From the NCBI GenBank assembly GCA_043821645.1, contig JBDRCO010000068.1:64001-128000 (forward strand): DNA of 64,000 bases, in the 5' to 3' direction. Origin of the DNA: Pseudomonadota bacterium. Lineage in GTDB: Bacteria; Myxococcota; JACRCW01; JAFGSX01. Made by a program: the position numbers and the translations under genes. The notes under the pieces are model-generated. The model did no database searches. It was given only the letters and a program-made list of their open reading frames with translations, and was not told the DNA's origin. This document shows, piece by piece, positions 12,410 to 22,906 of this stretch. Numbering within the stretch: position 1 is the stretch's first letter; each line of letters starts with the position of its first letter.

Positions 12410-13429
12410 TCAGGGTGTGGTCGGTGCCGGCGTGCTGCCGTGGGCGGCCGTGCCTGACGCGGTCATCCCGAGACCCTGCGCGGGCTGCGTGGTGCTGACC
12501 GGACTGGCCTTGGACCCCGGGATCTCGGCGTCGGGAGCGACGCTACGAATCAGCTCAACGAACTCGGGGTCGCCTCGAATGTTTTGAAAATCCGGATCCT
12601 CGAGAATCTGACCCACGTCGTTCTTGCTGATGTAGTTGTTGAGCAAGGCGATGCGAAGGTACTTGAGCGCCAGCTCGCGCTTGTTCTCGAGCGAGTAGAT
12701 GCACGCCATGTTGTAAAACGAGTCCCCGAAGTCCGGATTGGTCTCGAGGGCCTTTTTGTACCAGAGCAGGGCGTCGGTGTACTTCTGGCGGGCCCAGAAC
12801 GTGACGCCAACGCCGTTGAAGGGCTCGGCGCGCGAGGGATCGACCTCGCTGGCCCGGATGAACTTGGCACGCGCATCCTCGACAGTGCCGCGGGCCAGAA
12901 GCTCAAAGCCCTCCCGCAGCAAGTCGTCCACGCCCTTGCCGGCGTCCGGATCCACGGGAACCTGGGCACCTGGCTGCACCCACTCGGACTCGGTCTGCTT
13001 CGGATCCGGTCGCGGCTTGGGCTTGGGCTTGACATAGGCGTTGCGTGAGATGCGCAGACCGCGCTTGGTGCCCATGCCAGGCACCTGGCACTTGGGATCC
13101 GGCAGGTGCAGCGCTCCGGTGAGCAGGCTCCCCTTCTTGGACACCAGCAGGATGACGAAAGCTTTGGTCGTGGGCGCGCAGCCCTCACCGACCTGGCACA
13201 CCGTGAGCTCGCCGGTGAGGTTGTCCTCGAGCATCACGCCCGTGAGCACGTTCTGGGACTTCTTGAGGGCGCAGCCCTTGGTCGGCTTGACCAGGGTCGC
13301 ATGGACCTCCGCTCCCTTCTGCTTGAGCTTGAGGGTGCCCAGGGAAGACCTGTAGGTCCCCTGTATGCCGGCCAACGCCGAGCTGGGCACCAGCACACAC
13401 ATCGTCAGGAAGATCAGTCCCCGCTGCAT
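12410..13429 (-). CDS. Exported TPR-repeat protein
   Basis: Signal peptide; TPR helices (AEPFNGVG, DSFYNMACIYS); terminal DPDFQNIRGDPEF motif. Confidence 0.8.
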   Translation of the reverse strand: MQRGLIFLTMCVLVPSSALAGIQGTYRSSLGTLKLKQKGAEVHATLVKPTKGCALKKSQNVLTGVMLEDNLTGELTVCQVGEGCAPTTKAFVILLVSKKGSLLTGALHLPDPKCQVPGMGTKRGLRISRNAYVKPKPKPRPDPKQTESEWVQPGAQVPVDPDAGKGVDDLLREGFELLARGTVEDARAKFIRASEVDPSRAEPFNGVGVTFWARQKYTDALLWYKKALETNPDFGDSFYNMACIYSLENKRELALKYLRIALLNNYISKNDVGQILEDPDFQNIRGDPEFVELIRSVAPDAEIPGSKASPVSTTQPAQGLGMTASGTAAHGSTPAPTTP

Positions 13430-13659
13430 ATCTCCTCCGGCGGTCTTGCAGTTGGACGCCTGTGCCAGGGCTGGATTCTAGACCCGTTTGCTGCGGAATA
13501 GATCGGGTTGTGTGACGCACCGGGGTCAGGTTCGTTTCACAGGCTTCGACGGACCCTGGAAAGTCCCCTGCCAGGGTAAACACGAGAGCTTGCTCGGGCG
13601 CGGAGGCCCACACCACGAAAGCCCGCCGCTCAAAAGTGGGGCGCAGACCGCCGACGCCC

Positions 13660-13689
13660 TTGACAAGCCAGCGATGCCATCTTTAAGAT
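13660..13689 (+). promoter_or_regulatory. Putative sigma70 promoter of zapA-6S
   Basis: TTGACA-N18-TAAGAT upstream of zapA. Confidence 0.6.
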
Positions 13690-13725
13690 GCCGCATCAAA
13701 AACTGCCTGGAATCATGGAGAAATC

Positions 13726-14061
13726 GTGACAAAGCCGCAGGTCCACAGGCAGGTTGAACTGAACCTGGGTGGCCAGACCATCCGGCTGCGCAGCGATGCG
13801 GATGAGGCCTACCTGGGGCGGCTGGCCAGCTACGTCGACCGGAAGATCACCACCATCTCTCGACAGACCCGTACGGTCACCTCGCAGCGCGCGGCGCTGC
13901 TGGCAGCTCTCGACATCGCCGATGAGTTCTTCCGCTCTCGCGAGCGCGCCCAGGGCTTTCGCAATGAGGTGCGCGAGCGGTCGAGCCGGTTGCTCAACCT
14001 GCTGGAGAGCCAGGCTTCGAGTGCCGAGGAAAGCCCCGCTGCTGTGGGCACGCATACCTGA
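13726..14061 (+). CDS. zapA: Cell division protein ZapA
   Basis: YLGRLASYVDRKI, ALLAALDIADE; zapA-6S-rny synteny. Confidence 0.9.
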   Translation: MTKPQVHRQVELNLGGQTIRLRSDADEAYLGRLASYVDRKITTISRQTRTVTSQRAALLAALDIADEFFRSRERAQGFRNEVRERSSRLLNLLESQASSAEESPAAVGTHT

Positions 14062-14178
14062 GGTACACAGTGCTCTGCCGCTGAGCCGGCTGTGACACAG
14101 GCCCCGGACAGCGCATGTAAAAGTGGATGACAGGCGGCTCACGCCGCGACGCACATGAAGGAGGATCACCACGGAGTT

Positions 14179-14386
14179 TCCCCTGCGCTGTACGTGTTGA
14201 GTGACTACGCTCTGAACCTAGCTAGTCCACAGGGGGCCGGACAGCGCGCCCATGTGCATCCCTCCTCGGCGGTGAGCGCGGTGCGCTCGTACAGCCGTCG
14301 ACGCTGGGAAGCCTCAAAGCGCGGCAAAGGCTCCCACCTGTCGAGAGACAGGTTCGAGACAGCGCCCACACGGCAGAGGCGGGGGA
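14179..14386 (+). ncRNA. ssrS: 6S RNA
   Basis: About 208 nt immediately after zapA, the canonical position. Closing stem TCCCCTGC/GCGGGGGA and inner TGAACCT/AGGTTCG pairing are typical of 6S. Confidence 0.82.
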
Positions 14387-14422
14387 TTTTTTTGGGAGTA
14401 CGAAAGGTTCTGGAACGAGCAC

Positions 14423-14746
14423 GCTGTCGACGGTGACGACCTTCGAGTCGACCACGACAGCACTGGGGGCGTGCAAGACGCCCCACGGAATGAAAAGGCA
14501 TGCGTGCTCGCGCTCGTACGGCGCGAGATGAGAGGAATCGGAGCACGAGCGCCGCGTGGCGACCGGGCCCGGACGAGGAGACGGCGACAGGCGACCGCTG
14601 CGGGCAACCGCCACTCGCCAAGTCGTCACCCCGCAGGTTCCTGTGGTACGCGGATCGCTCAACGACGCCCGTTCTCGGGCAGGCGTCGGAATTGCTCCGA
14701 GTGCGCGCGGCTCCCGCGCGTCGATGCTTCCTCAGGACACGATGCC
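14423..14746 (+). ncRNA. Putative large structured RNA / rny leader
   Basis: Nested long-range stems plus local hairpins with UUCG and GCAA loops (see findings). Confidence 0.45.
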
Positions 14747-14814
14747 GATTGGCGACGTCGGGCGTGGTGTGCTCGCCGGGTGAGAGCGGGCCCGCGACCC
14801 GTGGAGATAGAGTG

Positions 14815-16389
14815 ATGGACATCGTCATCCCCATCGTTGCGGCGGCTGTGGCAGCAGGCGTGGCCCTGTTTGCCGGACTGTCGCTCGGAAAGACCCAGGA
14901 GCGCCGCGCCATCGAGGCCCGTACCGGCAACCTCGAGGAGCAGGCTCGCCGCGTGAAGGAGGACGCGGATCGCGAGAGCAAGGCCAAGCTCAAGCAAGCA
15001 GAGATCGACGCCCAGGAGCTGATCATCAAGGCCCGGGCCACCGCGGACAAGAACGCCGAGAAGCACAAGGCCGAAACCACCGAGACCGAGCGCCGGCTGC
15101 ACATGCGCGAGGAAGCGCTGGACAAGCGCATGGATCAGATCGACCGCCGCGAGGAGAGCACGCGCAAGGTCGAGGAGCAGGTGCAGGGCAAGCTGCGCGA
15201 TGCCGAGCAGCGCAGCAAGCAGGTCGAGGAGCTCATCGCCCAGACCCGGGTCAAGCTCGAGGAAGTGGCCGGCCTGAGTCAGGAAGAGGCCAAGAATCGC
15301 CTCATCGCCGAGGTCGAGGAGGAGGCCAAGCTCGGCGCGGCCAAGAAGATCCGGGTGATCGAGGAGCAGGCCGAGGAAGAGGCCGAGAAGCGCGCCAAGC
15401 GCATCATGGGCATCGCCATCCAGCGCTATGCCGGCGAGTACATCTGCGAACGCGCCATCAGCGTGGTCGACCTGCCCAACGACGAGATGAAGGGGCGCAT
15501 CATCGGTCGTGAGGGCCGCAACATCCGCGCCATCGAGGCCGCCGCCGGCGTCGACATCATCATCGACGACACCCCCGAGAGCGTGGTGGTCAGCGCCTTT
15601 GATCCGGTGCGGCGCGAGGTGGCTCGCCTGACCCTGGAGGCCCTGATCGCGGATGGCCGCATCCACCCCGCTCGCATCGAGGAGGTGGTGGAGAAGACCC
15701 GCAAGGAGGTCGAGCAGAAGATCAAGGATGCCGGTGAGCAGGCCATGATCGAGCTCGGCATCCACGGTGTACACCCCGAGATCGTGCGCCTCGTGGGTCG
15801 CCTTCGCTACCGCACCAGTTACACCCAGAACCAGTGGCAACACGCCATCGAGGCGGGTTTCCTGGCCGGTGCCATGGCCAGCGAGCTGGGGCTCAACGTC
15901 AAGGTGGCACGGCGCGCGGGTCTGCTGCACGACATCGGCAAGGCGATGACCCACGAGGTCGACGGATCGCATGCCGTCATCGGCGCCGAGTTCGCGCGCA
16001 AGCACGGCGAGTCCAAGGAAGTGGTGCATGCCATCATGGCCCACCACAATGATGAGGAGCCGCAGACCCTGCTGGCCAACATCGTCATCGCAGCCGACGC
16101 CATCAGCGGCGCCCGCCCAGGTGCACGCCGCGAGCGTCTGGATTCCTACATCAAGCGTCTCGAGGACCTCGAAAAGATCGCCGCCGAGTTCAAGGGCGTG
16201 GATCGAGCCTTCGCGGTGCAGGCTGGCCGCGAGCTGCGCGTCATGGTCGAGAGCAGCCATGTCAGTGACGATGGCATCGTGATCATGTCGCAGGACATCG
16301 CGCGTAAGATCGAGAACGACATGACGTACCCGGGCCAGATCCGGGTGGTGGTGATTCGCGAGACGCGTGCGGCCGAGTACGCCAAGTAG
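14815..16389 (+). CDS. rny: Ribonuclease Y
   Basis: N-terminal TM helix, coiled coil, KH domain (MKGRIIGREGRNIR), HD domain (LLHDIGK), ADAISGARPGAR, YPGQIRV. Confidence 0.97.
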   Translation: MDIVIPIVAAAVAAGVALFAGLSLGKTQERRAIEARTGNLEEQARRVKEDADRESKAKLKQAEIDAQELIIKARATADKNAEKHKAETTETERRLHMREEALDKRMDQIDRREESTRKVEEQVQGKLRDAEQRSKQVEELIAQTRVKLEEVAGLSQEEAKNRLIAEVEEEAKLGAAKKIRVIEEQAEEEAEKRAKRIMGIAIQRYAGEYICERAISVVDLPNDEMKGRIIGREGRNIRAIEAAAGVDIIIDDTPESVVVSAFDPVRREVARLTLEALIADGRIHPARIEEVVEKTRKEVEQKIKDAGEQAMIELGIHGVHPEIVRLVGRLRYRTSYTQNQWQHAIEAGFLAGAMASELGLNVKVARRAGLLHDIGKAMTHEVDGSHAVIGAEFARKHGESKEVVHAIMAHHNDEEPQTLLANIVIAADAISGARPGARRERLDSYIKRLEDLEKIAAEFKGVDRAFAVQAGRELRVMVESSHVSDDGIVIMSQDIARKIENDMTYPGQIRVVVIRETRAAEYAK

Positions 16390-16510
16390 ATCGTCGACAC
16401 CTCGTGGCATCCCCCGAAGCACAGCTCGTCCGCGGGTCCTGAGTGGACCCACTTGCCTTTGTCCCCGCACCTTCTATGCTCCGGCACGCGCAGTTCTCAC
16501 GGGAGGTCCC

Positions 16511-17608
16511 ATGTCTTCAAGAAATTTGAAGATCGCCATCTCCACCGGCGGTGGCGACGCACCGGGGCTCAACGCCGTGATCCGGGCTGCCGTGCTGGCG
16601 GCGGATCAGCGCGGCTGGGACGTGTTCGGCATCCGCAATGGCTACGAGGGCCTGCTCGATACCGACCAGATCGTGCAGCTCACGCCGGAGCTGGTGGCAG
16701 GGATACACCAGCAGGGTGGCACCATCATCGGCACCACCAACCGCGGCAATCCCTTCGAGTACCCGGTCAAGAACATCGCCGGTGACGTCGAGGTGCGGGA
16801 CCTGTCAGCGCGGGTCGTCGAGAACTTCAAGCGCCTGCGGTTCCACTGCCTGATCTCGGTGGGGGGTGACGGGTCCCTGGGCATCGCGCACCGCTTTGCC
16901 GAGCTCGGCATCCATGTCATCGGCGTGCCCAAGACCATCGACAACGACCTGTCGAGCACGGTGGTGACCTTTGGCCTGGACACGGCCTGCGCCATGGCCA
17001 CCGAGGCCCTGGATAGACTCGTGACCACGGCGATGAGCCACGAGCGTGTGTTCGTGGTCGAGATGATGGGTCGCTATGCGGGCTGGATCGCACTCGAGAG
17101 CGGCATCGCAGGTGGCGCCGACGCCATCTTGATCCCCGAGATCCCCTTCGACATCGAGAAGGTCGCGGCCAAGATCATGGACCTCGAGGTGCGAGGCAAG
17201 CACCACGCCATCGTCGTCGTGGCCGAGGGCGCGACGCCTGCGGGCGGCAGCATGGCGGTCAAGGAAGGGGCCAGCGACGGCCGCCAGGAAGTGGTGCTCG
17301 GTGGCATCGCCGAGCAGGTGGCCAGGGAGCTGCACCGCCTCACGGGCAAGGACACGCGCTCTTTGGTGCTCGGTCACCTGCAGCGCGGTGGTTCGCCCAC
17401 GCGCTTCGACCGCCTCCTCGGTACGCGCTTTGGCGCGGCGGCGGTGCGCTTCATCGAGCAGGGCCTGTTCGATCACATGGTGGCGCTGGACCCTCCGACG
17501 GTGAAGGCCGTGCCCCTCGCCGAGGCGGTGTCGCGGATGAAGTGCGTGCCGCTCGATGGCGACATCGTGCAGACAGCCCGAGACCTGGATATTTGCCTGG
17601 GGGATTGA
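16511..17608 (+). CDS. pfkA: 6-phosphofructokinase (group III, GGDG, likely ATP-dependent)
   Basis: TGGGDAPGLN, GGDGS, PKTIDND, MGRYAG, LGHLQRGG. Confidence 0.95.
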   Translation: MSSRNLKIAISTGGGDAPGLNAVIRAAVLAADQRGWDVFGIRNGYEGLLDTDQIVQLTPELVAGIHQQGGTIIGTTNRGNPFEYPVKNIAGDVEVRDLSARVVENFKRLRFHCLISVGGDGSLGIAHRFAELGIHVIGVPKTIDNDLSSTVVTFGLDTACAMATEALDRLVTTAMSHERVFVVEMMGRYAGWIALESGIAGGADAILIPEIPFDIEKVAAKIMDLEVRGKHHAIVVVAEGATPAGGSMAVKEGASDGRQEVVLGGIAEQVARELHRLTGKDTRSLVLGHLQRGGSPTRFDRLLGTRFGAAAVRFIEQGLFDHMVALDPPTVKAVPLAEAVSRMKCVPLDGDIVQTARDLDICLGD

Positions 17609-17721
17609 CCTGGCAGCCTTGTGGGGCGCCAGTTCTCGCCGGCGCCTGCCGCTCCGTGCATCCTGGGGTCGTCTTTTAGGGATGGCCGCACACCGCCTCG
17701 AGGTGTCACCACGCTTCCGGG

Positions 17722-18315
17722 TCAGCCCGGCCCCACGAGGTCCTTCCACAGCGTCGCCACCTGCTTTCGCGTGTCCTCGAGCGAGCCGCGGTTGTCGATG
17801 ATGTGGTCCGCGCGTGCGCGCTTGTCGACCCGGCTCATCTGGCTGGAGATGCGAGCCAGGGCCTCGCTGCCGTCGCGATCGATCACGCGCTGGCGCTGGG
17901 TTTTCTCGTCGACGTCAACCAGGATGACGGGTTTGAGCCAGGTCTCGAGTCCACGCTCGAACAGCAGTGGTGCCACGTAAACCACCAGCGGGGTCGTGCC
18001 TGCGAGGGCGCGCTCGATGCGCTGTCGCGACAGCTCGGCGATGCGAGGATGGGTGATGGCCTCGAGGTCCGCGCGCGCCACGGGATCCTGGAACACGATG
18101 CGCGCCAGGTGCTTGCGATCCAGTCGCTGCTGCGGGTTGAGAATGGACGGACCGAAGCGCGCCACCAGCACCAGCAGGGCAGGGCTCCCGGCAGAGGTGA
18201 CCTCCCGGGCCAGGTCGTCGGCGTCGATGATCGTGGCGCCTCGCTCAGCGAGCATGCGCGCGACCGCGCTCTTGCCCGAGCCTATGCCTCCGGTGAGTCC
18301 TGCGATGCGCGGCAT
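17722..18315 (-). CDS. coaE: Dephospho-CoA kinase
   Basis: GLTGGIGSGKS, IIDAD, LEAITHP. Confidence 0.95.
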   Translation of the reverse strand: MPRIAGLTGGIGSGKSAVARMLAERGATIIDADDLAREVTSAGSPALLVLVARFGPSILNPQQRLDRKHLARIVFQDPVARADLEAITHPRIAELSRQRIERALAGTTPLVVYVAPLLFERGLETWLKPVILVDVDEKTQRQRVIDRDGSEALARISSQMSRVDKRARADHIIDNRGSLEDTRKQVATLWKDLVGPG

Positions 18316-18353
18316 GGATCAGGTGTGGAGTGGAGCAGGCACGCGTGCTGGCC

Positions 18354-18818
18354 TCACGGCTTGCCGCTGTCGCCGCCCTTTTCGACAGTGAAGAGCAAAG
18401 AATGGACGGTCTTGCCGTCCTTGTCCCAGAACACCGCCATGCCCTGGTCCTTGTAGAAGTAGTACTCGCGGAACTCGTCGGTCAGCTTCTTCTGGTACTT
18501 GCTGCCGTAGGCCTCCTCGACCAGTTCGCGGGTCAGGCTGCGGTCGGGAAACACCGAGATCTCGAGCACCACACCGGCACTATCGAAGCAGACGTTGGTC
18601 TGCTTGGTGCCGCGGATGGCTTGCTCACCCTGGTAATTGTGCAGCTCGTTGCACTTGCCCGCCTTGGACAGTGTGCGGTGGGGCTTGCCGAAGGCCTTGG
18701 CGACCTCGGGCTTGGTGGACTTGCCCGGGGTGATGCCTTGCCAGGGTCGGGCCTGTGCCCGGGCCGACAGAAGCATGGCCACGCCGAGAAATGCTGCGAG
18801 AAGCGAGGTCCGTTTCAT
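18354..18818 (-). CDS. Hypothetical exported protein
   Basis: Signal peptide ending AQA; WQGITPGKST..EV..FGKP; coding-like codon usage. Confidence 0.7.
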   Translation of the reverse strand: MKRTSLLAAFLGVAMLLSARAQARPWQGITPGKSTKPEVAKAFGKPHRTLSKAGKCNELHNYQGEQAIRGTKQTNVCFDSAGVVLEISVFPDRSLTRELVEEAYGSKYQKKLTDEFREYYFYKDQGMAVFWDKDGKTVHSLLFTVEKGGDSGKP

Positions 18819-18994
18819 GTTGTCACCATACCCAAGCCTTGACTCTTCGGTCAAACCTCGGACTTTTGACACGGCCGTCCTGGCTCCCCTGGGACGCGAC
18901 GCAGAAGACAGCTATTCAAGGACGACCAATCGCCTGCCCACCGAGCGCCACAGGGGCTTTGTCGACGGGGGGCGGCTGTGCTATGACCCCAGCC

Positions 18995-19498
18995 ATGCCA
19001 ATGCGCCACTCATCGCAGGGATCGCGGCCACGCCGGCGTGGGCTGCTTGTGATCCTGGCCTTCGCGCTCGCGGCCGCCGGCCTCACCGCGCGGGCGGACG
19101 AGGATTCCCACATCAGCGATTCCCGTTACGTGGGCGCCGCCTCCTGTGGCCGCTGTCACCCCAAGGCCTATCAGGCGTGGCAGCGCTCGGCGCACGCGCG
19201 TGCTCTCGAGGCACTGGATACCCGGGAGCGCCAGGATCCGAAGTGCCGGCAGTGCCATACCATGGTGCCCGAGGAGTCGAACCCGGAGCTCGGCGGCGTG
19301 CAGTGCGAGACCTGCCACGGCCAGGGTCGCTACTACAACCCCGAGCATGTGATGCGGGACCGCGAGCTGCGTGACGCCCTTGGCTTCGAGGCGGCCGGTC
19401 CAGAAACCTGCACGCGCTGCCACACCGACAATGCGCCCAGCGTCACGCCCTTCGTTTACGAGCACAAGATCGCACGCATACGCCACGACGAGAAATGA
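18995..19498 (+). CDS. Tetraheme cytochrome c (c554-like)
   Basis: Four CxxCH motifs (CGRCH, CRQCH, CETCH, CTRCH); YVGA..C..CH...W..SAHA; signal peptide. Confidence 0.88.
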   Translation: MPMRHSSQGSRPRRRGLLVILAFALAAAGLTARADEDSHISDSRYVGAASCGRCHPKAYQAWQRSAHARALEALDTRERQDPKCRQCHTMVPEESNPELGGVQCETCHGQGRYYNPEHVMRDRELRDALGFEAAGPETCTRCHTDNAPSVTPFVYEHKIARIRHDEK

Positions 19499-19597
19499 CT
19501 CGCTCCCGGGGAGACGCCCGCCACGTGGTGCGAGGTGTCCGGCGGAGCACGCAGGTGCCAGGCCCCGGGACAGCGGGGAGAGAGATGAGGTTGGAGC

Positions 19598-20539
19598 GTG
19601 GGGCTGTTCTCGCGAGTCCTGGGCATCCTGAGAGGCCGCGACGGTGTGCGGGCGGCCAAGCTCGTCGCCACGGGCGTGAGCAACGCGCGGGAGGGCAGGC
19701 TTGAGGACGCCCTGCGGCTGTATCGCCGTGCCACCCGCGCCGACCACACCTATGCCCTGGCGCACCTCAACGTCGGTCTGGCTCTGCAGGACCTCTACAA
19801 TCGCGTGTGTGCACAGCTCGACGACGAGCAACGCCAACAGCGGCTGGAGGAGATCGCGGTCTCGCTGGACGAGGCCCGGCTGCTCGATGAGAGTCTGGCT
19901 CCAGCCTACAGCGCCCATGGCTACGTGATGCAGGCACTGGGCCGCGATGTCGACACCGTGGCGGATTTCGAGCGTTTTCTCGAGCTGGCGGCCGAGGATG
20001 ACAAGCTGCGCGACGGCGTGCAGCGAGACCTGGCCCAGGCACAGGAACGGGTCGAGCAGCAGCAGCGCCGGGAGCGCGCGGTACGCCTTGTTCGTGACGA
20101 CAGCACCGGCGACGAGGAACTCGCCGAGGCCTGCACAGATCTGGAGCACGCGATCTCCCTGGCGGACCGGGATGCCGAGCTCTGGTGGGCCCTGGGCGTC
20201 GGCTGTCGTCGCACCGGCAACACCGCCCGTGCGGTCGAGGCCTTCGTGTTCGTGACCGAGCTGGATCCCGAGGGCGCCGACGCTCACCGCGAGCTGTCGT
20301 CCATCGCGTTCAAGGCTCGACAGCTGGACCTGGCTCTGCAGCATGCGCGGCGTGCCTACGAGATCGATCCCACCAACGCGGGGGTCGTGTGTAATCTGGG
20401 GGTCTGCCACATGGAACTGGGGGATCTGGAACACGCGAGGGAGTTCATCGAACTCGCGCACGAGCTGGATGCCGAGGACCCCATCATCGAGGACTGCCTG
20501 CGCGAGCTGGAGCGAGCCGTCGCGCGCGTACCGTCGTGA
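19598..20539 (+). CDS. TPR-repeat protein
   Basis: Repeated TPR helices (AHLNVGLAL, LWWALGV, VVCNLGVC). Confidence 0.8.
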   Translation: MGLFSRVLGILRGRDGVRAAKLVATGVSNAREGRLEDALRLYRRATRADHTYALAHLNVGLALQDLYNRVCAQLDDEQRQQRLEEIAVSLDEARLLDESLAPAYSAHGYVMQALGRDVDTVADFERFLELAAEDDKLRDGVQRDLAQAQERVEQQQRRERAVRLVRDDSTGDEELAEACTDLEHAISLADRDAELWWALGVGCRRTGNTARAVEAFVFVTELDPEGADAHRELSSIAFKARQLDLALQHARRAYEIDPTNAGVVCNLGVCHMELGDLEHAREFIELAHELDAEDPIIEDCLRELERAVARVPS

Positions 20540-20609
20540 AAAGGGTGCAACCCGGCCCGCCGGACGCGTGGGGCAGGACCGGAAACGGCGCCCGGGGTCA
20601 GGAGAGAAC

Positions 20610-21056
20610 ATGATCGCACTCGGATCCGACCATGCGGGCTTGCAGCTCAAGCGCTCCGTTGTGCAGCACCTCGAGACTCGCGGCTTCGAAGTCGCGGATC
20701 TGGGCACCCACGATGCGCAGTCCTGCGACTATCCCGACCTGGCGAAGGCGGTTGGCGAGCGTGTCGCGCGAGGCGCGGCCGATCTCGGCGTGCTTGTCTG
20801 TGGCACGGGCACGGGCATGGCCATCGCCGCCAACAAGGTCCCGGGGGTGCGCGCGGCCATGTGCTGCAGCGAACTTCAGGCACGGCTGGCGCGCGGCCAC
20901 AACGACGCCAACGTGCTGTGTCTGGGGCAGCGTCTGCAAGGCGAGGCCCTGGCCCAGGCCATCGTCGATGCCTTCGTCGACACGGCGTTCGAGGGCGAGC
21001 GACATGGACGTCGCGTGCGCCTGATCAGCGACATGGAGCGTGCTGCGCCGCGCTGA
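20610..21056 (+). CDS. rpiB: Ribose-5-phosphate isomerase B
   Basis: [29 protein letters not shown]. Confidence 0.95.
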   Translation: MIALGSDHAGLQLKRSVVQHLETRGFEVADLGTHDAQSCDYPDLAKAVGERVARGAADLGVLVCGTGTGMAIAANKVPGVRAAMCCSELQARLARGHNDANVLCLGQRLQGEALAQAIVDAFVDTAFEGERHGRRVRLISDMERAAPR

Positions 21057-21141
21057 GGGCGGCATGCCATGCCGGGTTGTGCACGCCCGGCCTCGATGGG
21101 GCAGTCCCCGGGACCACCCCGAGCAACATGAGGGAGCAGCA

Positions 21142-22413
21142 ATGACACTCGAGGCGCTCAAGAAGGTGGATCCGCAGGTGTACGGGGCCCTGGTGAAGGA
21201 AATCCGACGCCAAGCCGAGGGGCTGGAACTCATCGCCAGCGAGAACTTCGTCAGCGAAGCCGTGCTGCAGGCCATGGGCTCACCCCTGACCAACAAGTAC
21301 GCCGAGGGCTACCCGGGCAAGCGCTACTACGGCGGCTGCGAGTTCCACGACGTCATTGAGCAACTGGCCATCGATCGCGCCTGCCAGCTCTTTGGCGCCG
21401 AGCACGCCAACGTGCAGCCGCACTCGGGCGCCCAGGCCAACATGGCCGTGTACTTTGCCGTGTGCGAGCCCGGGGACACCGTGCTGGCCATGAACCTGGA
21501 CCACGGCGGTCACCTGACCCACGGCAGTCCGGTCAACTTCTCTGGCCGGCTGTACAAGATCGTGCCCTATGGCGTGCGCCAGGACGACCAGTGCATCGAC
21601 TACGACGAGGTCGAGCGGCTGGCTGATGCGCACCGGCCGAAGATGATCCTGGCCGGGGCCAGCGCCTACTCGCGGACCATCGACTTCGAGCGCTTCGGCG
21701 CCATCGCCAAGAAGGTCGGTGCCGTGTTGCTGGTGGACATGGCCCACATCGCGGGTCTGGTCGCGGCGGGTGTACATCCCTCGCCGGTGCCCCACGCCGA
21801 CTTCGTGACCACCACCACCCACAAGACCCTGCGCGGACCGCGCGGCGGCCTGATCCTGTGTCAGGAGAAGCACAAGAAGGTCATCAACTCTCGGGTGTTC
21901 CCCGGTGTGCAGGGCGGTCCCCTGATGCATGTGATCGCCGCCAAGGCCGTGTGCTTTCAAGAGGCGCTCGGCGACGCGTTCAAGACCTACCAGCAGCGCA
22001 TCGTCGACAACGCCCAGGCCCTGGCCAGCGCCTTGACCGCGGGCGGCTGCCAGCTGGTGTCCGGAGGCACCGACAACCACCTGATGATGATCGACATGCG
22101 CTCGAAGAAGATGACCGGCAAGGCCGGAGAAAAGGCCCTCGGCCTCGCGGATATCACGGTCAACAAGAACATGATCCCCTTCGATCCCGAGAAGCCAACG
22201 GTGGCCAGCGGCGTCAGAGTGGGTACCCCCGCGGTGACCACCCGTGGCATGGGCACCGATGAGATGCGGCAGATCGGCGGTCTGATCAACCGCACCCTCG
22301 ATGCCCCGGACGACGAGGCCGTGCGAGCCCAGGTGCGCGAGGCGGTGCTCGCCCTGACCGCGCGCTTCCCCCTTTATGCCTCGCGCCTTGAGGAGATCGA
22401 ACGCCTTGGTTGA
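21142..22413 (+). CDS. glyA: Serine hydroxymethyltransferase
   Basis: [35 protein letters not shown]. Confidence 0.98.
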   Translation: MTLEALKKVDPQVYGALVKEIRRQAEGLELIASENFVSEAVLQAMGSPLTNKYAEGYPGKRYYGGCEFHDVIEQLAIDRACQLFGAEHANVQPHSGAQANMAVYFAVCEPGDTVLAMNLDHGGHLTHGSPVNFSGRLYKIVPYGVRQDDQCIDYDEVERLADAHRPKMILAGASAYSRTIDFERFGAIAKKVGAVLLVDMAHIAGLVAAGVHPSPVPHADFVTTTTHKTLRGPRGGLILCQEKHKKVINSRVFPGVQGGPLMHVIAAKAVCFQEALGDAFKTYQQRIVDNAQALASALTAGGCQLVSGGTDNHLMMIDMRSKKMTGKAGEKALGLADITVNKNMIPFDPEKPTVASGVRVGTPAVTTRGMGTDEMRQIGGLINRTLDAPDDEAVRAQVREAVLALTARFPLYASRLEEIERLG

Positions 22414-22906
22414 ACCTGCTGCACACCGTCCCACCGGGCCGCGCCCGAGCTGGGACGAGTACTTCATGGATTTCGCTCGCCTGGCCAGAACCCGCGCGAC
22501 CTGTATCCGTCGCGGGGTCGGGGCGGTGATCGTGCGCGATCGCCAGATCCTGACCACGGGCTACAACGGCGCGCCCAGGGGCATGCCCCACGCCGAGCAG
22601 GTCGGCTGCATCCGCGACAAGCTCGGGGTGCCGTCGGGGCAGCGGCATGAGATCTGCCGTGGCCTGCATGCCGAGCAGAACGCCATCATCCAGGCGGCCT
22701 ACCAGGGCATCTGCATTCGAGACGCGGATCTTTACTGCACCACCGCGCCGTGTTCGATCTGCATCAAGATGATCGTGAACGCTGGTATTCTGCGCGTGTA
22801 TTATCTCGAGGACTATCACGACGAGCTGAGCCGCAGCATCGCCGCCGAGGCCGGAGTGGCCCTGATTCACGTCGGTGGCGTGCGCGACGAGGGTGGCCCG
22901 ACATGA
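22406..22906 (+). CDS. dCMP deaminase family protein (start uncertain; TTG 22406 assumed)
   Basis: [26 protein letters not shown] zinc ligands. Confidence 0.9.
   Translation: MVEPAAHRPTGPRPSWDEYFMDFARLARTRATCIRRGVGAVIVRDRQILTTGYNGAPRGMPHAEQVGCIRDKLGVPSGQRHEICRGLHAEQNAIIQAAYQGICIRDADLYCTTAPCSICIKMIVNAGILRVYYLEDYHDELSRSIAAEAGVALIHVGGVRDEGGPT

Noticed and set aside
13490-13655. GGAAAGTCC (RNase P-like) and GGCTTCGACG (tmRNA-like) words with small hairpins upstream of zapA
   Set aside because: No matching RNase P 3' P4 strand, no tmRNA acceptor stem or TCCACCA end, and the region is too short.
14500-14814. 105-aa N-terminal extension of RNase Y in the ORF track
   Set aside because: Arg-rich and not protein-like; a GGAG RBS and the TM anchor support ATG 14815.
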